This document shows, piece after piece, positions 52,020-62,143 of a DNA stretch of 64,000 nucleotides (the first letter of the stretch is position 1; each line of letters begins with the position of its first letter). Under the pieces are notes generated by a model. The model was given only the letters and a program-made list of their open reading frames with translations, was not told the DNA's origin and did no database searches. The DNA is from Vicinamibacterales bacterium (GTDB taxonomy: Bacteria; Acidobacteriota; Vicinamibacteria; Vicinamibacterales; UBA2999), in NCBI GenBank assembly GCA_030680175.1, contig JAUXWO010000113.1:10082-74081 (forward strand), written 5' to 3'. Made by a program: the position numbers and the translations under genes.

Positions 52020-53936
52020 CTACTTCTTGTCGTCCTCCACCACTTCGGCATCGATCACCTCGCCTTCGGCCGCCGCCGCGTTCGCGGCGTCGGGACCGGG
52101 CGCGCCCGCCGACGGGCCGCCCTCGGGCGGCGTGGCCGCCTGCTGGCGATAGAGCGCTTCGGCCGCCTTGTGCTGCGCCGAGGTCAACGCCTCCATCGCG
52201 CGGGTCATCGCGGCGGCGTCGTTGGCCTCGATGGCCGTCTTGAGGCTGGCCATCGCGCCTTCGACCGCGCCGCGATCCCCGGCCTCCAGCTTGTCGCCGG
52301 CGTCCTTCAGCATCCGCTCGGCGGTGTAGAGCGCCTGGTCGGCGCGATTGCGCGTCTCGATCTCCTCGCGCCGCTGCTTGTCCTCGTCGGCGTGCGTCTC
52401 GGCCTCGCGCATCATCTGCGCCACTTCGTCCTTGCTCAGGCCGGAGGAGGCCGTGATCTGGATCTTCTGCTCCTTGCCCGTCCCGAGGTCCTTGGCCGAC
52501 ACGTTGACCATGCCGTTGGCGTCGATGTCGAAGGCGACCTCGATCTGCGGCACGCCGCGCGGGGCCGGCGGCAGGCCGATCAGGTGGAAGCGGCCCAGCG
52601 TGCGGTTGTCGCGGGCCAGCGGACGCTCGCCCTGGAGCACGTGGACTTCCACGCTCGTCTGGCTGTCGGCGGCCGTCGAGAACACCTCGCTCTTGCGCGT
52701 CGGGATCGTGGTGTTGCGCGTGATGAGCGGCGTCATCACGCCGCCGAGCGTCTCGATGCCGAGCGACAGCGGCGTCACGTCGAGCAGGAGCAGATCCTTC
52801 ACCTCGCCGGCCAGCACGCCCGCCTGGATCGCCGCGCCGACGGCGACGACCTCATCCGGATTCACGCCCTTGTGCGGCTCCTTGCCGAACAGCTCCTTGA
52901 CGATCTGCTGCACCTTGGGGATGCGCGTCGAGCCGCCGACCAGCACCACCTCGTCGATCTTGCTCGCGTCGAGCCCCGCATCCACCAGCGCCTGCCGCGT
53001 CGGCCCGACCGTCCGCTGCAGCAGCGCGTCGACGAGCGACTCGAACTTCGCGCGCGTGAGCTTCATCGCCAGGTGCTTCGGCCCCGAGGCATCCGCCGTG
53101 ATGAACGGCAGGTTGATCTCGGTCTCCATCACCGACGACAGCTCCATCTTCGCCTTCTCGGCGGCCTCGCGCAGCCGCTGCAGCGCCATGCGATCCTTGC
53201 CGAGGTCGATGCCATCGCTCTTCCGGAACTCGTCGATGATCCACTCGATCACCCGCTGATCGAGGTTGTCGCCACCGAGATGCGTGTCGCCGTTGGTCGA
53301 CTTCACCTCGACGACGCCCTCGCCCACTTCCAGGATCGAGATGTCGAAGGTGCCGCCGCCGAAGTCGTACACGGCGATCGTCTCGTCCTTCTTCTTGTCG
53401 AGCCCGTACGCCAGCGCCGCCGCCGTCGGCTCGTTGACGATGCGCATGACCTCGAGGCCGGCGATCTGCCCGGCTTCCTTGGTGGCCTGCCGCTGCGCGT
53501 CATTGAAGTAGGCCGGCACGGTGATGACCGCCTTCGTCACCGTCTGGCCGAGGTAGTCCTCGGCCGCCTGCTTGAGCTTCTGCAGCACCATGGCCGACAG
53601 CTGCGGCGGCGCGAACTCCTGGTCGCCGATCTTCACGCGCACATCGCCATTCCCGGCGGCGGCGACGTGGTACGGCACCATGCGCAGCTCGTCGCTCACT
53701 TCCTCGAAGCGGCGGCCCATGAATCGCTTGATCGAAAAGATCGTCTGCTCGGGGTTCGTCACGGCCTGGCGCTTGGCCACCTGGCCCACGAGGCGCTCCC
53801 CGGTCTTGCTGAAGGCAACGACCGACGGTGTGAGCCGGCTGCCCTCGGCGTTCTGAATCACAGTGGGCTGGTCGCCTTCCATCACGGCGACTACCGAGTT
53901 CGTAGTGCCGAGGTCGATACCGATGATTTTGCTCAT
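52020..53936 (-). CDS. dnaK: Chaperone DnaK
   Basis: [33 protein letters not shown]. Confidence 0.98.
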   Translation of the reverse strand: MSKIIGIDLGTTNSVVAVMEGDQPTVIQNAEGSRLTPSVVAFSKTGERLVGQVAKRQAVTNPEQTIFSIKRFMGRRFEEVSDELRMVPYHVAAAGNGDVRVKIGDQEFAPPQLSAMVLQKLKQAAEDYLGQTVTKAVITVPAYFNDAQRQATKEAGQIAGLEVMRIVNEPTAAALAYGLDKKKDETIAVYDFGGGTFDISILEVGEGVVEVKSTNGDTHLGGDNLDQRVIEWIIDEFRKSDGIDLGKDRMALQRLREAAEKAKMELSSVMETEINLPFITADASGPKHLAMKLTRAKFESLVDALLQRTVGPTRQALVDAGLDASKIDEVVLVGGSTRIPKVQQIVKELFGKEPHKGVNPDEVVAVGAAIQAGVLAGEVKDLLLLDVTPLSLGIETLGGVMTPLITRNTTIPTRKSEVFSTAADSQTSVEVHVLQGERPLARDNRTLGRFHLIGLPPAPRGVPQIEVAFDIDANGMVNVSAKDLGTGKEQKIQITASSGLSKDEVAQMMREAETHADEDKQRREEIETRNRADQALYTAERMLKDAGDKLEAGDRGAVEGAMASLKTAIEANDAAAMTRAMEALTSAQHKAAEALYRQQAATPPEGGPSAGAPGPDAANAAAAEGEVIDAEVVEDDKK

Positions 53937-53942
53937 GACCTT

Positions 53943-53972
53943 AGTATGAAACTTGAGTCAGAGGGAGTCAAA
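53943..53972 (-). promoter_or_regulatory. Sigma70-type promoter overlapping a HAIR-like HspR operator; probably leaderless dnaK mRNA
   Basis: Minus strand TTGACT-N17-CATACT-N6-ATG; plus strand CTTGAGT-N7-AGTCAAA (53952-53972) versus HAIR consensus CTTGAGT-N7-ACTCAAG. Confidence 0.85.
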
Positions 53973-54008
53973 TCGGAGTTCATGGGGGCCGGCTGGTCAG
54001 CCTGCCTA

Positions 54009-54245
54009 CTGTGGCGCTGGAGCTGTCGTCCTTCCGGCCGACGGGAGCTCGCGCTCGCAACCTGCACCTCCGTCCACTCGGGTTTCGTACTGACGCCCAT
54101 CGCGCCGCGCCTACCCGGCCACGGCTGACGCTGGGCCTACGGCGCCAGCGCTCGAAACCCTCGCTCCCTGCGGCGCACGTTGCGTGCGGTCGCCCATCGC
54201 GCGACTCCAACGTCGGCCTCCACGACGACAGCTCCAGCACCACAG
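54009..54245. other. Long imperfect hairpin (MITE-like element or structured ncRNA)
   Basis: 22-bp terminal IR CTGTGGCGCTGGAGCTGTCGTC / GACGACAGCTCCAGCACCACAG (1 mismatch), with nested inner pairings GGCCGACG/CGTCGGCC and TCGCGC/GCGCGA. Confidence 0.7.
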
Positions 54246-54356
54246 AAGCCGCGCACATCCGACCCGTACGCTATACTGTTGTCGCCAGCTTGCCTCCGTC
54301 GGCGGTCCCTCCCGCCGCCGTGCAATCGCCTGCCTGTCGTGCCGACGAGGTTGTCC

Positions 54357-56180
54357 ATGCGTACCTGGCTCCACCTGTTCGCCGTCTCGCTCCTTGCCTT
54401 CGGCCCGTCGTCGACGGCCGCCGCACAGGAGCCGGACCCGGGACCCGCGCCCCCGCATCTGACCTACGCCGACGGCACGGTCGAGCTCGAGCTCGATGGC
54501 CAGACGGAAGCCGCCATGCCCTCGACCGCCCTGCTCGATGGCGATCGCGTCCGCACGCGCGGCGGGCGCGCCGAGATCGTCTTCGCCGACGGCACCGTGG
54601 TCCACCTCGACCGCGACACCCTCGTGGAGGTGATGTCCGCCACGCGCCTCCGGATGTCGGAGGGCCGGATGCGCATCGAGACGAGCGCCGCGCTCATCGA
54701 CGGCTTCGTCATCGACACCGCGGCCGCCAGCATCGACCTCACCCCGCGTGGCGAGTACGCGGTCGCCTTCGACCCGCGCCGGCGCGGCCTCACGCTCGAC
54801 GTGGCACGCGGCCTCGCCGACGCCGACACCTGGTCCGGCCGCGTGGCGGTGCATGCCGGCGAGCGCGCGGACATCACCGACGGGGCGGCGCCACGCCTCT
54901 CGGCGTTCAACTCCGCCCGTGGCGATGCCTTCGACCACTGGTCGGACGGCCGCCTCCGTGGATTCACGACCGCCGCCTCCGCCGCGCAACTCCCCTACGA
55001 ACTGCGCGCGCACGGCCCGGTGATGGACCGCCATGGCACGTGGGGTTACGTGGCCGACTACGGCGACGTCTGGTTTCCGCGCGTCGGCCCGTCGTGGCGT
55101 CCCTATGCCGAGGGCCGCTGGCGGCAGACGCGCTACGGTCTCACGTGGATGGGGCACGACCCCTGGGCGTGGCCCACGCACCACTACGGACGATGGGGCT
55201 TCTCGGGCGGCGTGTGGTTCTGGATCCCCGCGCGCACGTGGGGGCCGGCCTGGGTGAGCTGGGCATACGCGCCGAGCTACGTGAGCTGGGCCCCGCTCGG
55301 GTGGGACGGCCGGCCCGTCCTCGCCTTCAGCCTTCGCGTGGGCCACGACCCGTGGCGCGCGTGGACCGTCATCCCCGTCTCGCGCCTCGGCGCGCGCGGC
55401 AACCTGCGTGGATGGACAGTGGATGGCCGGCACCTGCCCTCGCACGTGCGCACGGGATTCCAGGTGCGGCCGGGCCGCGCCGAGCCGCGCCGCCTCGATC
55501 GCTACGTCCCACCGTCACGGCGCGGGGCGTCGAGTGAGTGGAACGGCGCGTCTCGCTCCGGCACGTCGATCCGACCCGGCGTGGACACGCGACAGGAACG
55601 CGGCACCCGCGCCGTGGAGGCCACGACCGACACCCGCCGCCCAGGGACGGCGGAACGGCCGGGCGACCGCCGGTTCACCAGCGGGCAGTCAGGCGCGGTG
55701 GGGGCCTCGCCCGGACCGGCCGCGGTGGGCGATGCGGATCGCCGGCGGCCGGCCACACGACCGGTCGACTCGATCCGCTCGGGCGGGAACCGGCCAGGGG
55801 CGGTGCGTGCGCCGCGCGGCGATGATCCCGCGTTCGCGCCGCGTGACAGCGACGCCGCACCGCCGCCAGCCACCTACGACCGGTCCACACGCGGCGCCGG
55901 CCGCACCGCGCCGTCCATCGATCGTGCGCCGGACGACGGCGACACCGGCGCGCGCAGACGGGGCGTCGGCGTCGCTCCTCGCTCGGACCGTCCGGCGCCC
56001 ACGGCGTCGCGCCCGTCGACGACGCCGCAAGACGGCACCGGGCCACCGCCCAGCCGCAGAGCGGACAGCCCGCGCGCCGTGCCGCGTGGGGGCGGAACGC
56101 CCTCGGCCGACGCGCCGGCGCCGCGCGGGGATCGAGGTGGGCAGGGCCGCCCGGGCGCCGTTCGCCGGCCACCGCCGTAG
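54357..56180 (+). CDS. Secreted FecR-domain / DUF6600-like protein with a long low-complexity tail
   Basis: Signal peptide, GDRVRTRGGRAEIVFADG (FecR-like), WRPYAEGRW...HYGRW...WGPAWVSW Trp-rich region, Pro/Arg-rich C-terminus; start ATG 54357. Confidence 0.8.
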   Translation: MRTWLHLFAVSLLAFGPSSTAAAQEPDPGPAPPHLTYADGTVELELDGQTEAAMPSTALLDGDRVRTRGGRAEIVFADGTVVHLDRDTLVEVMSATRLRMSEGRMRIETSAALIDGFVIDTAAASIDLTPRGEYAVAFDPRRRGLTLDVARGLADADTWSGRVAVHAGERADITDGAAPRLSAFNSARGDAFDHWSDGRLRGFTTAASAAQLPYELRAHGPVMDRHGTWGYVADYGDVWFPRVGPSWRPYAEGRWRQTRYGLTWMGHDPWAWPTHHYGRWGFSGGVWFWIPARTWGPAWVSWAYAPSYVSWAPLGWDGRPVLAFSLRVGHDPWRAWTVIPVSRLGARGNLRGWTVDGRHLPSHVRTGFQVRPGRAEPRRLDRYVPPSRRGASSEWNGASRSGTSIRPGVDTRQERGTRAVEATTDTRRPGTAERPGDRRFTSGQSGAVGASPGPAAVGDADRRRPATRPVDSIRSGGNRPGAVRAPRGDDPAFAPRDSDAAPPPATYDRSTRGAGRTAPSIDRAPDDGDTGARRRGVGVAPRSDRPAPTASRPSTTPQDGTGPPPSRRADSPRAVPRGGGTPSADAPAPRGDRGGQGRPGAVRRPPP

Positions 56181-56261
56181 CCTCGCACCCTTGTCGACCA
56201 CCGTTCACCGGCCGCGCGCGTCTTGGCAATTGGCCGGCGACCTTCTAAGATCTGAGATCGA

Positions 56262-58541
56262 ATGACCTACGTCATCAAGGTTGCGCGACACGCCAGCCTG
56301 GTCCTGCTCTTCGTCGTCACGGCCCTCGCCGGGACGCTGAGCGGGGTGCTGTTCGCGTATTCCGACGACCTGCCGCTGATTTCGGCGCTTGACGACTACC
56401 GGCCGAGCACCATCACGCGTGTCATGGCCCGCGACGGGTCGCCGATCGGCGACTTCGCGGTCGAGCGGCGCGTGCTGATCCGCTACGACCAGATCCCCGA
56501 TCTGCTGCGGCAGGCCATCCTCTCGGCCGAGGACGGCGGCTTCTTCAATCATGCCGGGCTCAACATCTCCCGCATGATGCTCGCCCTCGTCCGCGACATC
56601 GTCCCCGGCGGGCGGACGCCGGGCGGCAGCACGCTGACGCAGCAGCTGGCGCGCAACCTGTTTCCCGGCGACGTCGGCTTCGAACGCACGTGGGAGCGCA
56701 AGGTCAAGGAAGCGCTCGTCGCCATCCAGATCGAGAAGCGGTACACGAAGGAGGAGATCCTCACGATGTACTGCAACCAAGTCTACTTCGGCCACGGCGC
56801 GTACGGCGTGGAGGCCGCCTCGCGGCTGTACTTCGGCAAGTCCATCGGCGACTTGAACCTGGAGGAAGCGGCGCTCATCGCGGGCATCCTGCAGGGCAAC
56901 GTGCGGCAGAGTCCGTACATCCGCCCCGACGCCGCGATGCGGCGCCGGAACTACGCGCTCGGCCGCATGGCCGAGGAGGGCTACATCACGCGCGCGGTCG
57001 CCACCGAAGCGATGGCGCGCCCCATCGTCGTGCGCGAGGACGGGGGCCGCGACGCGACCATCGCGCCGTATTTCCTCGAAGAGGTCCGCAAGCACCTCGA
57101 GGCGCGCTACGGCGCCACGGCGCTGTACGAACACGGCCTGCAGGTGCACACGACGCTCGACCCGGCCCTGCAGCGGGCGTCGGCGCAGGCGCTCGACCGC
57201 GGCTTGCGCCGGATCGACAAGCGCCGCGTCGCGTACCGGGGGCCCGAGCGCAACGTCGTCGCCGACGGCGAGGCCATCGAGGGCTTCCAGCATGTGCGGT
57301 GGGCACGCGCGATCGCCGTCGGGGACATCGTCCCCGCGCTCGTCACGAGCGTGGATGCGACGGCCGGCACCGCCGCGGTGCGCCTCGCCGGCCGGACCGC
57401 CGTGCTCACGCGGCAGAGCATCGCGTGGACCCGCCGGACCTCCGCCGCGACGCTCGTCAAGGCCGGCGACGTGATCGACGTGGCGGTGACGGCGATTGAC
57501 GACGAGGCCGGCACGGCCACCGTGACGCTGGAGCAGGCGCCGGTGCTCGAAGGCGCGGTGCTCGCTCTCGACAACCGCACGGGCGAAATCCTCGCGATGG
57601 TCGGCGGCTACAGCTTCACGCGCAGCAAGTTCAACCGCGCCGTGCAGGCGTTTCGCCAGATGGGATCGACCTTCAAGCCGTTCCTCTACACGGCGGCCAT
57701 CGACCGCGGGCTGACGCCCTCGACGATTCTCGTGGACGAGCCCACCGGGTTCGACGCCGGCGCCGGCCAGCCGCAGTACCGGCCGCGCAACTACGACGGG
57801 AAGTTCGAGGGGCCGGTGACGCTGCGGCGCGCCGTCGAGGCCTCGCGCAACATCCCGGCCGTGAAGGTGATGGCGATGCTCGGCCCGACGCAGGTCGTGG
57901 CCTACGCGCAGCGGTTCGGGTTCCCCGACCGGCTCCCGCCGTTCCTCTCCACGGCGCTTGGCGCGGCGGAAGGCACGCTGCTGGAGGTGACGAGCGCGTA
58001 CACCGTGTTTCCGAACCGCGGGGTGCGCATGCAGCCCTACGCCGTCCGCACCGTCGTCGACGCCGAAGGCAGCGTGCTCGAGGACAGCCGGCCCACCCCG
58101 CGCGATGCGATCCGCGCCGACACGGCGTACGTGATGACCCACCTGCTGCGCGGCGTCGTGCAGCGCGGCACGGCGGCATCGGCCGCGTCACTCGACTGGC
58201 CGCTCGGCGGCAAGACGGGCACGGTCGACGACTACACCGACGCGTGGTTCATCGGGTTCGATCCGAACATCACGATCGGCGTGTGGGTCGGCCACGACGA
58301 GAAGCGCCCCATCGGCCCCGGCGAGTCGGGCACGACCGCGGCCCTGCCGATCTGGATCGAGATCATGCGCGAGTACCTCGCGTCGGTCCCCGACCGCGCC
58401 AACCCGCCCGAGTTCGACGCCCCCGGCAACGTCACCTTCCTGTCGGTCGACCGCGCCACCGGGCAGCCGTCGACCAGCGACCGCGCCATCCGGGAGGCGT
58501 TCATCTCGGGGACGCAGCCGGCGGAGAATCTCAGATTTTGA
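56262..58541 (+). CDS. Penicillin-binding protein 1A family (bifunctional transglycosylase/transpeptidase)
   Basis: EDGGFFNHAG, GGSTLTQQLARN, RKVKE; SxxK (STFK), SRN, KTG. Confidence 0.94.
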   Translation: MTYVIKVARHASLVLLFVVTALAGTLSGVLFAYSDDLPLISALDDYRPSTITRVMARDGSPIGDFAVERRVLIRYDQIPDLLRQAILSAEDGGFFNHAGLNISRMMLALVRDIVPGGRTPGGSTLTQQLARNLFPGDVGFERTWERKVKEALVAIQIEKRYTKEEILTMYCNQVYFGHGAYGVEAASRLYFGKSIGDLNLEEAALIAGILQGNVRQSPYIRPDAAMRRRNYALGRMAEEGYITRAVATEAMARPIVVREDGGRDATIAPYFLEEVRKHLEARYGATALYEHGLQVHTTLDPALQRASAQALDRGLRRIDKRRVAYRGPERNVVADGEAIEGFQHVRWARAIAVGDIVPALVTSVDATAGTAAVRLAGRTAVLTRQSIAWTRRTSAATLVKAGDVIDVAVTAIDDEAGTATVTLEQAPVLEGAVLALDNRTGEILAMVGGYSFTRSKFNRAVQAFRQMGSTFKPFLYTAAIDRGLTPSTILVDEPTGFDAGAGQPQYRPRNYDGKFEGPVTLRRAVEASRNIPAVKVMAMLGPTQVVAYAQRFGFPDRLPPFLSTALGAAEGTLLEVTSAYTVFPNRGVRMQPYAVRTVVDAEGSVLEDSRPTPRDAIRADTAYVMTHLLRGVVQRGTAASAASLDWPLGGKTGTVDDYTDAWFIGFDPNITIGVWVGHDEKRPIGPGESGTTAALPIWIEIMREYLASVPDRANPPEFDAPGNVTFLSVDRATGQPSTSDRAIREAFISGTQPAENLRF

Positions 58542-58776
58542 GATTGCAGATGGCAGATTGATTGTCGATTCTCAGATCGACGTTCGATCCAATCGAATTA
58601 CCAGATCTACCAGAACGCAAGGATTGAGGATGGGTGGCTGTTGTGACCCGGCGCCCGCGAAGCGTGGCGCCTCGCCGCAATCCCCCCAATCCCCCAATCT
58701 GGTAAATCCATTCATCAATCCCCAGATCGTCGATCGTCAATCAATCTGCAATCTGCGATCTCACAATCTAAGATCT
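58533..58776. repeat. Inverted (GCAGATT)/(AATCTGC)-type repeat element between convergent PBP1A and prfB genes
   Basis: agattttgagattgcagatggcagattgattgtcgat ... atcgtcaatcaatctgcaatctgcgatctcacaatct; AT-rich relative to flanks. Confidence 0.85.
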
Positions 58777-59909
58777 ACCCGTCACCGTCCTCGGCGACGG
58801 CCAATGTCCCCGCAGCCTTCCGCATCAGGTAGGCCTTGATGAAGCCGTCGAGGTCGCCGGCCAGGACGCGCTCGACGTCCCCGACTTCCACCTTCGTCCG
58901 GTGATCCTTGGCCATCTGGTACGGCTGCAGGACGTAGCTCCGGATCTGGCTGCCGAAGGCGATGTCCTTCTTTGATCCACCGATCTGATCCAGCTTGGCC
59001 TGCTGCTCCTTCAGGGCGCGATCGTACAGCTTGGCCTTCAGCACCTTCATCGCCGAATCGCGGTTCTTGTGCTGGGACCGCTCGTTCTGGCACGAGACCA
59101 CGAGCCCCGTCGGCAAGTGCGTGAGGCGGACGGCGGAGTCCGTCACGTTCACGTGCTGGCCGCCGGCGCCGCTCGACCGGAACGTGTCGATCCGCAGGTC
59201 GCCCTCCGGGATGTCGATGTCGATCTCGTCGTCGAGTTCGGGCCAGACGTAGAGCGAGGCGAAGGACGTGTGGCGGCGCGCGGCCTGATCGAACGGCGAG
59301 ATGCGCACGAGCCGGTGGACGCCGGCCTCGGCCGACAGCAGGCCAAACGCGTTCTCGCCGGTGACCGTGAACGTGACGCTCTTGACGCCGGCCTCCTCGC
59401 CCGGCTGATAGTCGAGGATCTCGCGCTTGAAGCCGCGCTTCTCCGCCCACTTCAGGTACATGCGCAGCAGCATCTCGGCCCAGTCCTGGGACTCGACGCC
59501 GCCGGCGCCCGGGTGGATGGTGACGATGGCGTTGGCGCGGTCGTGCTCGCCGCCGAGCATCTTCTTGACCTCGCCGGCCTCGACCTCCGCGTCGAGGGCG
59601 TCAAGGGCGCGCGCGAGGTCGCCCGCGACGTCCTCGCCGGCTTCGCCCCACTCGATCAGGACGCCGAGGTCGTCGATCTTGGCCGTGAGGCGGTCGCGGA
59701 GTTCGAGGTCCTCGCTGAGGCGGCGGCGCCGCTGCAGCGTCTTCTGCGCGCCCTGCTGGTCCTTCCAGAAGTCGGGCGCGCCGATCAGCGCTTCGAGGCG
59801 CTCGAGTTCGGAGGCGGGGTGGGCGGCGTCAAAGATAGCTCCGCAGATCACGGGCCCGGGCCAGGAGCGGGTGCGCGCGCCGAATCAGGTCATCGACTTC
59901 CAAAGCCAC
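58775..59909 (-). CDS. prfB: Peptide chain release factor 2 with programmed +1 frameshift
   Basis: GTG 59909, 26 codons ending CTT-TGA-C (59828-59834), then the +1 frame with SPF and GGQ motifs. Confidence 0.96.
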
Positions 59910-59911
59910 GA

Positions 59912-61438
59912 TCAGGGTCTCCTCCAGAAGGCCGCGGCGAGTCCGAGCAACGTGACGAGGACGCCCAGCTGCGGCACGACGTCTCCAATTGTGGCATAGA
60001 CGGTGCGCGTCCGGATGAACCGCACCTCCCCCATCACCACGGTGGTCTCGAACAGGCCCGAGCGCGCGACCTCCCGGCCGTAGGGGTCGATGATGCCGCT
60101 GATGCCCGTGTTGGCGGCGCGCGCCAGGTAGCGTCCCTGCTCGATCGCACGCATCGAGGCGAGGGCGTAGTGCTGGTGCGGCGCCGACGACTCCCCATAC
60201 CAGGCGTCGTTGGTCACCGTGGTCAGCAGCTCGCTGCCCTCGAGGACGGCCTGGCGGATGAGGTGCGGGTACACCACCTCGTAGCAGATGGCGGTGCTCG
60301 CCATGTGGCCCGCCACCGGCAGCATCGTCACGCGGGTCCCCGGCGCGAAGTCGGACACGCTCTCGACGAGCGGCGCGATGAAGAAGAGCAGGCGCCGCAG
60401 GGGCACGTACTCGCCGAACGGCACGAGATGCATCTTGCGATAGACGGCCGCGGTCGCGCCGTCCCCGCTCAGCATGAAGGCCGAGTTGTAGAACCGGTTC
60501 GGTGTGCCGCGCTCGAACTCGTCCGTGCCGAAGAGGAGCGGCGTGCCGCTCTCCCGGACGAGGGCGCGGACGGCCGCGGCCGACACCGGGTCCTCATCGA
60601 ACAGGAACGGCGTGGACGACTCGGGCCAGATGACGAGGCGTGCGCCGCGCGCGACGGCCGCGCGCGTCATCGACAGGTAGCGGTCGAGGATCGCGGGCGC
60701 GAGGGTGGGGTTCCACTTGTCGTCCTGGGCGATGTTGCCCTGGACGAGCCCCACGGTGAAGGGGTCGCCGTCCTCCGCGAGCCGGCCATCGCGAATCCTG
60801 AGCGCGCCCCAGAGCGAGGCCGTGGTCAGGAGCACGATCGCGAACGCCACCGCCGCGCGCGCGCCGGCGGGCCGCGCCGTCAGGGCGACCGTAATGGCCG
60901 TGGCAACGAGCGCGAGCAGGGCCGAGACGCCGTAGACCCCGACCAGGCTCGCCACCTGCGCGACCGGCAGCAGCGTCACGACGGAGGCCCCCAGGGGAAT
61001 CCATGGAAACCCGCCGAGCACGTGCCCGCGCGCGTACTCGCCGGCCACCCACACGGCGGGCGCCAGCCACAGCCCGCGCACGCCGAGACGCTGGACGAAG
61101 AGGCCGATGACGGCCGCCCCGCCGGCGAGGTACACCGTCATGTAGAGCACGAGGCCCGCCGCAGCGAGGAGGGCCGACGGCCAGCCCAGGCCGCCGTAGG
61201 TGTGGACGACGTCGCTGGTCCAGTACAGGGTGCCTGCGTAATGCACCACGCCGGTCACCATGCCGAGGAGGAAGCCGCGGCGCGCGCCGGCGCCCGGCCG
61301 GACGCCCGGACGCCCACGCCAGCCGCTGAGGGCGACGAGCAGCGGCACGAGCGCGACCAGCGCGAGGATCGGGTGGCCGTACCGGGGGAAGGCCAGCGCC
61401 AGCAGGACGCCGGACAGGAGCGCTAGCGGGTAATCCAG
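59912..61438 (-). CDS. lnt: Apolipoprotein N-acyltransferase
   Basis: GGFPW, QGNI, WPES, KMHLVPFGEY, ICYE, TNDAW, RAANTGIS; frame extends 30 codons above the ORF-track GTG to a CTG at 61438. Confidence 0.92.
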   Translation of the reverse strand: MDYPLALLSGVLLALAFPRYGHPILALVALVPLLVALSGWRGRPGVRPGAGARRGFLLGMVTGVVHYAGTLYWTSDVVHTYGGLGWPSALLAAAGLVLYMTVYLAGGAAVIGLFVQRLGVRGLWLAPAVWVAGEYARGHVLGGFPWIPLGASVVTLLPVAQVASLVGVYGVSALLALVATAITVALTARPAGARAAVAFAIVLLTTASLWGALRIRDGRLAEDGDPFTVGLVQGNIAQDDKWNPTLAPAILDRYLSMTRAAVARGARLVIWPESSTPFLFDEDPVSAAAVRALVRESGTPLLFGTDEFERGTPNRFYNSAFMLSGDGATAAVYRKMHLVPFGEYVPLRRLLFFIAPLVESVSDFAPGTRVTMLPVAGHMASTAICYEVVYPHLIRQAVLEGSELLTTVTNDAWYGESSAPHQHYALASMRAIEQGRYLARAANTGISGIIDPYGREVARSGLFETTVVMGEVRFIRTRTVYATIGDVVPQLGVLVTLLGLAAAFWRRP

Positions 61439-62082
61439 GGCTTGAACTGCTCTTCTTTTTCGAGCCGCGCCGCGACGGTCTCGGCCTCACGACGCTCGGC
61501 GAACTTGCCGACACGCACACGGAACACGCGCGGCGTGCCTGGCGTGGGTGCGATGACATACGCCGGGTAGCCGCGCGACGACAGCCGCCGGGCGAGCGCG
61601 TCGGCTTCCGTACGCTCGAGAAGGGCCGCGACCTGGATCGCGAAGCCGTCACCGGCGGGCTCGCCCGGCGTCGTGGACGCCGTGTCGACGGGCGCCGGGG
61701 CCACGGGCGGCGGGTCGGGCACGGGCGGCGCCGCGGCGGCCTCGGGCGTGTTGCCGGCCGGCGGCGGCGCCTCCTGCAACGGTTCGTCCACGGGCTCGCC
61801 GGCGCTCAGGCGATCGTAGTAGCTCAGGTCTTCGTTGGCCGTGGCGGGCGCGCCGCCGGGTCCCGGCGCGACGGCCGCCAGCTCCCCTTGGGGCGCGTCC
61901 GGCCCGGCCGCCTCCGCGGCGGCGGGTTCGGCCACGCCGCGGGCCGAGGCCACGCCCCGTCCGACGAGCACGCCGCACAGGAAGATCACGACCGACACGA
62001 CCGTGACGGCCATGAACAGGAAGACAAGTTGCTTCCCGTTCAGCTGAATCTCGTGGAACCCTTCGTCGCTCGCGGTGGCCAT
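61423..62082 (-). CDS. SPOR domain cell-division protein (FtsN/DedD-like)
   Basis: TM helix, Pro/Ala linker, FAIQVAA...FRVRVGKF; start ATG 62082. Confidence 0.85.
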   Translation of the reverse strand: MATASDEGFHEIQLNGKQLVFLFMAVTVVSVVIFLCGVLVGRGVASARGVAEPAAAEAAGPDAPQGELAAVAPGPGGAPATANEDLSYYDRLSAGEPVDEPLQEAPPPAGNTPEAAAAPPVPDPPPVAPAPVDTASTTPGEPAGDGFAIQVAALLERTEADALARRLSSRGYPAYVIAPTPGTPRVFRVRVGKFAERREAETVAARLEKEEQFKPWITR

Positions 62083-62143
62083 CGCCCTCGTCTCGTCTCC
62101 CCGCTGCTGGCAGGACGGCGCCAGCCGTGTGATCGTAGCACGG

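Noticed and set aside
50877-54128. 1083-aa plus-strand ORF
   Set aside because: Antisense shadow of dnaK/dnaJ, a well-known artefact in high-GC genomes; no independent motifs
58775-59909. prfB as a frameshifted pseudogene
   Set aside because: The shift is at the canonical CTT-TGA-C programmed site
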